A stretch of DNA of 64,000 nt from an uncultured Collinsella sp. GTDB lineage: Bacteria > Actinomycetota > Coriobacteriia > Coriobacteriales > Coriobacteriaceae. Location of the stretch: NCBI GenBank assembly GCA_900541035.1, contig UQIN01000015.1:1593-65592 (forward strand), given 5' to 3'. The notes below the pieces were generated by a model. It did not search any database. It worked only from the letters and a program-made list of their open reading frames with translations, and was not told where the DNA came from. Both the position numbers and the translations under genes were made by a program. Every line of letters begins with the position of its first letter. Within the stretch, counting starts at the first letter, position 1. Positions 58,070 to 64,000 of the stretch are shown piece by piece.

Positions 58070-60019
58070 CTAGAGCTCGCAGGCGACCTTGTAGCCATCG
58101 CCGATGGCGTCGCGGATGTTGCCGCACTTGTTGGCGTCGCCCAGCACGTGGGTGGCAACACCGGCTGCAGCCAGGTCGTCGGCCAGCTTGGTATTGGGAC
58201 GATAGCCCATGGCAAGCACCAGCGTATCGGCACCGGTGATGGTGTGGACCTCGCCGTCCTTTTCGTAGCTGATAGTGTCCTCGGTAATCTCGGTCACCTT
58301 GGCCTCGGTCAGCACGTGAACGCCCTTGGAGAGCATGCGCGTGATGAGCACCGCGCGACCGGCACCGCCCTCGTTGGCGGCGAGCGTCTTGGTCATCTCG
58401 ATGACGGTGACATCGCGATTGGCCGGCGACAGGTCGTTGACCAGCGGGGCCAGGTAATCGGCCGTCTCGCAGCCAACGGTGCCGCCGCCCACGATGACGA
58501 TCTTCTTGCCCGGGAAAGCCTTGCCACCCAGCAGGTCGTCAGCCGTCATAACCTGCTTAAAGCCCTGCATGAAAGCCGGAGCGATGGGCTCGGCGCCATA
58601 AGCCAGGACAACCTCGTAGCCGGCGTAGTCACGCTGAATGTCCTCGGCAGTAAGCTCGGTGCCAAAGACGCACTTCACGCCGGCCTCGGCCAGACGACGG
58701 TACTGATACTTGATCACGCGGGTGAGTTCCTGCTTTGCCGGCGGAACGGCTGCGATGCGCATCTCGCCACCCGGCTCATCCTGCTTGTCCACGAGCACCA
58801 CGTTGTGGCCGCGCTTGGCGGCAATGTAGGCAGCCTCCATGCCCGCAGGACCGGCACCCACAACCAGCACGTTCTTAGCCTCGGCGGCAGGCTCGTAGCC
58901 GGCCTCGTCGCGCTCCACGTCCGGGTTAACGGTGCAGGAGATGCGCTTGCCAAACATAATGCCGTTCAGGCAGCGCAGGCAGCCAATGCAGGGGCGGATA
59001 TCGTCGGCATTACCAGATGCGGCCTTATTGCAGAACTCGGCATCGCACAGATTGGCGCGGCCCATCATGCAGATATCGGCAGCGCCGTCCTCGATCAGCT
59101 CCTCGGCGATCCAGGCCTCGTTGATGCGGCCGACGGTGGCGACGGGAATGTTGACGTGCTTTTTGATCTCGCGCGAGCAGGCAGCGTGCGAGGCCTGCTG
59201 GGTACCGGCGGCGGGAATGGCGGAGCCGCGCTTGATGGTGGTGCCGCCCGAGACATGAATCATGTCGACGCCGGCCTTCTCCAGGCGGCGCGAAACGTAG
59301 ATCATGTCGTTGAGGGTCAGGCCGCCATCGGTGTACTCGTCGCCCGAGATACGGACGTCGATGATAAAGTCCTTGCCGCAGCGCTCGCGAATCTCGGCGA
59401 TGACCTCGAGCAAGAAGCGCATACGGGCGTCGAGCGAGCCGCCGTACTCATCGGTACGCTTGTTATAGAGCGGGGTCAAAAAGCCGCCGAGCATGCCGTG
59501 GGCGTGTGCCGCATGAACCTCGACGCCATCGACACCGGCCTTCTGCATACGCACGGCAGCGTCACCGAACTGATGCGTGAGCTCGTGGATCTCATCCACC
59601 GTAATGGGGCGCGGCGCCTCGCGGGCATAGGACGGACCCACAAAGGACGGAGCGATCAGGCGCGGCGTGCCCGGAATGTTAAAGGCCATGTAGGCGGGGT
59701 GGAAGAGCTGCGGCATGATCTTGCAGCCATACTCGTGGACGGCCGCGGCGAGTTTTTCCCAGCCGGGGATAAACGTGTCATCGTAGCAGCACATGTCACC
59801 CGGCAGATAGGTATAGGTGGGCTCGACCGTCACGACCTCGGTGATGATCAGGCCCACGCCGCCCTTGGCGCGGGCACGATAATGATCGACCAGATCGTCG
59901 GTCACATAGCCATGATCGGCAAGGTTGGTAGACACCGGCGGCATAAAGACGCGGTTCTTGACCTCGGTCGTACCGACCTTGATCGGGCTAAAGAGCATCG
60001 GGTAGGCGGAGGACTCCAT
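58070..60019 (-). CDS. NADH:flavin oxidoreductase (OYE TIM barrel + 4Fe-4S + FAD/NAD domain)
   Basis: RAKGGVGLII, NKRTDEYGG, CIGCLRC...C, VVGAGPAG and VGGGTVGCE motifs; start MESSAY after AAAGGAAG. Confidence 0.92.
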   Translation of the reverse strand: MESSAYPMLFSPIKVGTTEVKNRVFMPPVSTNLADHGYVTDDLVDHYRARAKGGVGLIITEVVTVEPTYTYLPGDMCCYDDTFIPGWEKLAAAVHEYGCKIMPQLFHPAYMAFNIPGTPRLIAPSFVGPSYAREAPRPITVDEIHELTHQFGDAAVRMQKAGVDGVEVHAAHAHGMLGGFLTPLYNKRTDEYGGSLDARMRFLLEVIAEIRERCGKDFIIDVRISGDEYTDGGLTLNDMIYVSRRLEKAGVDMIHVSGGTTIKRGSAIPAAGTQQASHAACSREIKKHVNIPVATVGRINEAWIAEELIEDGAADICMMGRANLCDAEFCNKAASGNADDIRPCIGCLRCLNGIMFGKRISCTVNPDVERDEAGYEPAAEAKNVLVVGAGPAGMEAAYIAAKRGHNVVLVDKQDEPGGEMRIAAVPPAKQELTRVIKYQYRRLAEAGVKCVFGTELTAEDIQRDYAGYEVVLAYGAEPIAPAFMQGFKQVMTADDLLGGKAFPGKKIVIVGGGTVGCETADYLAPLVNDLSPANRDVTVIEMTKTLAANEGGAGRAVLITRMLSKGVHVLTEAKVTEITEDTISYEKDGEVHTITGADTLVLAMGYRPNTKLADDLAAAGVATHVLGDANKCGNIRDAIGDGYKVACEL

Positions 60020-60121
60020 ACAGGCTTCCTTTCGTTTGAGCCGCTCGGCGGCAGTTGCTAACACACCTATCGTATCAGCAACTGCCGCATCCGCAGTCAA
60101 ACATGCTCAAACGCCGGTCGG

Positions 60122-60322
60122 CTAATGAATACCGCGACCCAAGTCTTCGGCGATTTTGTCCACGCCCTTAAGTGCGGCGCACGTCTTTTTGTTGGAGCAA
60201 TGCCCCGTGCAAACGCCACCCTGAGCGCAGTCGGCGCAGGTGCCCTTGCGGTAAATGCGCACGCATACCGCGACAAACGCAATACCGATAACAGCCAGTA
60301 CAACAATATCGATAGGTGCCAT
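60122..60322 (-). CDS. FeoB-associated Cys-rich membrane protein
   Basis: N-terminal TM segment, then CADC...CTGHC...C; AGGAGG RBS; downstream of feoB. Confidence 0.85.
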   Translation of the reverse strand: MAPIDIVVLAVIGIAFVAVCVRIYRKGTCADCAQGGVCTGHCSNKKTCAALKGVDKIAEDLGRGIH

Positions 60323-60368
60323 AGCAAGCCTCCTCTAGTTAGCCATCACTTACTTTACCCCATTCTCC

Positions 60369-60403
60369 ACCTACCAAAAAGGGACAGGTTTATTTTGGTC
60401 GGT
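60369..60403. repeat. REP-like hairpin, family B (reverse-complement homologue of 37273-37315)
   Basis: acctaccaaaaagggacaggtttattttggtcggt. Confidence 0.75.
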
Positions 60404-60497
60404 TTTATCTGCGGAAACGCCACATCTCCCCCATCAAAAAGCCCGAGTGTCGCTGGGACACCCGGGCTCGTGGAAAGGGGTTAATCCTTATTCGGAC

Positions 60498-62825
60498 TTA
60501 AGCGGAAACTGCGGCGGAGGCAGCGTTGGTCTCGTCCTCGTCGGTCCATGCATGCTTGGGCATGGGACGGAAGATCTGGAAGAGCATCGCAACCAGCAGC
60601 ACGATGGCCACAATCGTCCAGATACCAAACTGTCCCAACACAAACAGGTTGTAGAACTGGTTGATGAACAGGCCGATTACCCAAGCAAAGGCGCACTCAT
60701 AGCCGATGGCAATCGCAGTCCACTTGCCGGAATCCATCTGGTTGCGAATAGTACCTATGGCGGCAAAGCACGGAGCGCACAGCAGATTGAAAGCGCCAAA
60801 GGCAACGCAAGCGCCCATGGTCGGGAACATGCCGGCGAACGCGGTCCACAGGCTCGGGTCAGTCTCGCCGGCGTCGGCGACGGACAGCAGCGAACCGGCG
60901 GTTGCGACGACGTTCTCCTTAGCCACAAGGCCCGAGACGGTCAGCGCGGTTGCCTGCCAGGTGCTAAAGCCGAGCGGGGCGAAGATCCAGGCGACCAGGT
61001 TGCCCAGCATGGCAAGCACGGAGTAGTCCATGAACTCCTCGGGGATGCCGTCCATCGCAGGCAGGAAGCCAAAGGAACCGTTGTAGCTACCAAAGTTGGA
61101 CAGGAACCAAACCACGACAGTGGACGCGAAGATGACCGTGCCGGCCTTCTTGATAAAGGCCCAGCAGCGCTCCCACACATGCAACGCCCAAGAGCGAATC
61201 GCCGGGAAGTGGTAGGCAGGAAGCTCCATAACAAACGGCGTCGGGCGACCGGCGAAGAGCTTGGTCTTCTTGAGCATGAGGCCCGAAGCAATGACGGCAA
61301 AGACACCCAGGAAGTAGAAGAGCGGGCTGATCCACGCGGCGGTGGTGGAAGAATCGCCGATGATGGAACCCATGAGCAGGGCGATAATCGGCAGCTTGGC
61401 GCCGCAGGGGATGAACGTGGTGGTCATGACCGTCATGCGGCGGTCCTTCTCGTTCTCGATGGTCTTGGTGGCCATGACGCCGGGGACGCCGCAGCCCGAG
61501 GACACGAGCATGGGGATGAAGGACTTACCGGACAGGCCGAAGCGGCGGAACACGCGGTCCATGATGAAGGCGACGCGGGCCATGTAGCCGCAGTCCTCCA
61601 GGAAGGACAGCATGACGAACAGCAGGAACATCTGCGGCACAAAGCCGAAGATGGCGCCCAGGCCGCCGACGATGCCGTCGCAGGCCAGCGAATCGACCAG
61701 ACCGCCGTCCTCGGTGCCACCCGCCACAAGTGCGTCGTGGACCATGGTGGTAATACCCGGAACATACGGGCCATACTCCGCCGGATCAACCGAATCGGCA
61801 GCATCGCCCGCGGCCTCGACAGCTGCGTCGTAGGCGTCGCGACCCTGGCCGAGCACATACCAACCGTCGGTACCAAAGAGCTGGTCGTTGGTGAAGTCGG
61901 TCACCGTGCCGCCCAAGGTAGAAACGGCGATGTAGTACACGCAGAACATGATGACCACAAAGATCGGCAGGCCCAGGATACGGTTGGTAACCACGCGGTC
62001 GATCTTCTCGGAGGTGCTCATCTTTGCCGGAGCCTTGGTGAGGCACTCGTCAATGATGTGGGCAATCACGCCGTAACGCTCGCCGGTGATGATGGACTCG
62101 GCGTCGTCGTCGCAGTCCTGCTCGCACTGGGCGACCAGTTGCTCAACGCGAGCGGCCTTCTCCTTGGTGAGGTTGATGAGCTTGCAGGCGTCCGCATCAC
62201 GCTCAAACAGCTTGACAGCGTAGTAGCGACGCTTGTTGGCGGGAACACTCGCCGGCAGGTTGTTTTCGATGTGGCCCAGAACGTCCTCGATGGAGGAATC
62301 GAACTTGTGCTCCGGCACCTGGCCCTTGGAAGCAGCGGACTTCTTGACCTGCTCGAAGAGCTCCTTGATACCCTTGTTCTTAAGGGCCGAGATCATCATG
62401 ACCGGGCAACCGAGCTTCTTAGAGAGCTTGTCCGTGTCGATCTTATCGCCGTTCTTCTCGACCAAGTCGGCCATGTTGAGGGCAACGACCACGGACAGGC
62501 CGGTCTCGATAACCTGAAGCGCCAGGTACAGGTTACGCTCGAGGTTGGTGGCATCGACAACCTGGACGACGACATCGGGCTCGCCACTCATGAGGTAATC
62601 GCGCGAGCACTGCTCCTCGGGGCTGTAGGGGGAAAGCGAGTAGATGCCAGGGAGGTCCGTGATGGTAACGTTCTTGTCGCTTAGGAGCTTGGCTTCCTTT
62701 TTCTCAACCGTGACGCCGGGCCAGTTGCCAACGTAGCCGTTGGCGCCGGTGATCAGGTTGAAAAGCGTGGTCTTGCCGCAGTTGGGGTTACCCGCCAGCG
62801 CGACATGGATCTGAGAATCCGCCAT
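60498..62825 (-). CDS. feoB: Ferrous iron transporter B
   Basis: GNPNCGKT, VGNWPGVT, DLPGIYS, NMAD and FVMELP motifs. Confidence 0.96.
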   Translation of the reverse strand: MADSQIHVALAGNPNCGKTTLFNLITGANGYVGNWPGVTVEKKEAKLLSDKNVTITDLPGIYSLSPYSPEEQCSRDYLMSGEPDVVVQVVDATNLERNLYLALQVIETGLSVVVALNMADLVEKNGDKIDTDKLSKKLGCPVMMISALKNKGIKELFEQVKKSAASKGQVPEHKFDSSIEDVLGHIENNLPASVPANKRRYYAVKLFERDADACKLINLTKEKAARVEQLVAQCEQDCDDDAESIITGERYGVIAHIIDECLTKAPAKMSTSEKIDRVVTNRILGLPIFVVIMFCVYYIAVSTLGGTVTDFTNDQLFGTDGWYVLGQGRDAYDAAVEAAGDAADSVDPAEYGPYVPGITTMVHDALVAGGTEDGGLVDSLACDGIVGGLGAIFGFVPQMFLLFVMLSFLEDCGYMARVAFIMDRVFRRFGLSGKSFIPMLVSSGCGVPGVMATKTIENEKDRRMTVMTTTFIPCGAKLPIIALLMGSIIGDSSTTAAWISPLFYFLGVFAVIASGLMLKKTKLFAGRPTPFVMELPAYHFPAIRSWALHVWERCWAFIKKAGTVIFASTVVVWFLSNFGSYNGSFGFLPAMDGIPEEFMDYSVLAMLGNLVAWIFAPLGFSTWQATALTVSGLVAKENVVATAGSLLSVADAGETDPSLWTAFAGMFPTMGACVAFGAFNLLCAPCFAAIGTIRNQMDSGKWTAIAIGYECAFAWVIGLFINQFYNLFVLGQFGIWTIVAIVLLVAMLFQIFRPMPKHAWTDEDETNAASAAVSA

Positions 62826-62902
62826 TCAATCCTTCTTCCTTGTGTGCCTGCGCTGCTTTCTCCGCGCAAGCTGGATGATGTGCTTCAAAGTTGCAGCATT
62901 AA

Positions 62903-62918
62903 GTTAGAAATACCTAAC
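62903..62918. promoter_or_regulatory. GTTAG-N6-CTAAC box upstream of feoB
   Basis: AAGTTAG-AAATAC-CTAACTT, perfect 7-bp dyad. Confidence 0.65.
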
Positions 62919-62948
62919 TTTATCTGCAGAAATACACGTCGCGAGCCC

Positions 62949-63170
62949 TTACTGGACCTCGACGACGGCCGCCTCCTCCTTGCGGATGGAAAGCTCGTAG
63001 CCGCGCACGTTGATCTCGACCGGATCACCGAGCGGTGCAACCTTCACGACCTTGAACGAAGTGCCCTTGATGAGCCCCAGGTCCATAAGGTGGCGGCGAA
63101 GCGCACCCTCACCGTGAAGCTTGACGATGGTGGAGCTCTCGCCCACCTTAACGTCACCCAACGTCTTCAT
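62949..63170 (-). CDS. feoA: FeoA
   Basis: RRHLMDLGL, APLGDP and LSIRKEEA motifs. Confidence 0.93.
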   Translation of the reverse strand: MKTLGDVKVGESSTIVKLHGEGALRRHLMDLGLIKGTSFKVVKVAPLGDPVEINVRGYELSIRKEEAAVVEVQ

Positions 63171-63209
63171 CCTCTTGTCCCCCTTTCGGTTTTTATGAAA
63201 TGCTGCAGA

Positions 63210-63452
63210 CTAACCGACGGTCATGATGTGCATGGCAACCTTGGAATCGATGCCAAAGCGTGCGCCCAGCACCGTGACGATGATATTGGCGCCACTCGAG
63301 CTCACCACGTGGATTTCGTTGCCCTCGACAAAGCCGAGGTCCTTGAGGTGGTGCTTCATGTCCTCATTGCCCTTTACACGAGACACGAGCACGGTTTCGC
63401 CCGCTTTTACCATCGAAAGCGGCATGGCCGGCATCTGCGGTCCGCAAGACAT
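63210..63452 (-). CDS. feoA: FeoA (second paralogue)
   Basis: MPLSM...HHLKDLGFVEG...ARFGID; start uncertain. Confidence 0.88.
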   Translation of the reverse strand: MSCGPQMPAMPLSMVKAGETVLVSRVKGNEDMKHHLKDLGFVEGNEIHVVSSSGANIIVTVLGARFGIDSKVAMHIMTVG

Positions 63453-63494
63453 GAGTGGCTCCTAACGTCAGTTCGTCCTCAACATCGACGCGAT

Positions 63495-63548
63495 AAAAGT
63501 TAACCACGTCTATGTTCGCTTTAGTAAACTAGCACGTGGTTAACTTTT
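63495..63548. promoter_or_regulatory. Operator region of the feo operon (15-bp inverted repeat)
   Basis: aaaagttaaccacgt ... acgtggttaactttt. Confidence 0.65.
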
Positions 63549-63600
63549 TGGAAAGGGTCTCTATTCAGTTTTCGAAAAAGTTTCCTATACGAAACAAAAG

Positions 63601-63633
63601 AGGCACCGCAAAGACCATCTCTTTGCGGTGCCT
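63601..63633 (-). terminator. Terminator after the HPr gene
   Basis: aggcaccgcaaaga-ccatc-tctttgcggtgcct with a U-tract on the minus strand. Confidence 0.75.
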
Positions 63634-63647
63634 TGTCATACCAATTT

Positions 63648-63680
63648 ATGCAACAAAGGGGACAGTCCCCTTTGTTGCAT
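63648..63680. repeat. REP-like hairpin, family B
   Basis: atgcaacaaaggggacagtcccctttgttgcat. Confidence 0.7.
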
Positions 63681-63688
63681 TGTTGAGA

Positions 63689-63937
63689 TTAGAGCGAGAG
63701 GTTTCTGATCGACGTGACGCAGGAGGCCTCATCCACGCCCGAAACGCGGAACACGATGTCCTCGCCGCACTCACCGTAGAGAGCCATGAGCCCCATGACA
63801 TCGCGTCCATCCGTGCGGCGATCGCCGATACTGACCGACACGTCACTACGATGCTTGGCGATAATGTCATAGAGCAGCGCAACCGGGCGGGCATGCAATC
63901 CCAACGGATCTTTAATCGTCTTTGTAAACTCGACCAT
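63689..63937 (-). CDS. HPr-family phosphocarrier protein
   Basis: DPLGLHARP motif, 82 aa; start MVEFTK. Confidence 0.88.
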   Translation of the reverse strand: MVEFTKTIKDPLGLHARPVALLYDIIAKHRSDVSVSIGDRRTDGRDVMGLMALYGECGEDIVFRVSGVDEASCVTSIRNLSL

Positions 63938-64000
63938 GTCCCCTCCCACGACATCGTACATTCGGCCGGCAAAACCCAGCCACGTGGTAGCTATTGTACC

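Noticed and set aside
58070..60019. Bilirubin reductase or bai gene assignment
   Set aside because: The HGDR motif is absent and there is no bai operon context; only the family can be called.

Overview
High-GC actinobacterial chromosome segment. The gene repertoire and sequences suggest Coriobacteriia, probably Collinsella-like (inference). Most genes are on the minus strand. Housekeeping genes: nagB, PTS IIA, glmM, rpsI, rplM, tmRNA, gatCAB, moaA, a moaC-mobB fusion, ligA, htrA and HPr. Accessory modules: two iron loci (AraC + IrtAB/YbtPQ-like ABC pair + SCA-type P1B ATPase; feoA-feoA-feoB + Cys-rich peptide) that share a GTTAG-N6-CTAAC-like box, a sortase-C pilus cluster split by an AbiEi/AbiEii-like gene pair, a RelB-like/PIN TA pair, drug-efflux genes and AAA/AlbA ATPases. 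Most unusual signals: (1) a glutamine-synthetase homologue that has lost three metal ligands and the catalytic flap Glu, lying co-oriented with a GlnR-type regulator behind a GlnR-like box; (2) a DUF559/Vsr-like nuclease gene bracketed by ~65-bp palindromes, with a covarying orphan copy 16 kb away; (3) a closed, multi-stem ~200-nt leader upstream of nagB; (4) palindrome arrays beside the tmRNA 3' end, one containing an exact 17-nt antisense copy of the tmRNA T-arm; (5) a dispersed hairpin family with variable stems and a conserved TGTCCC loop core. All calls come from reading motifs by eye; no database search was run. No CRISPR array, integrase or transposase was recognised.
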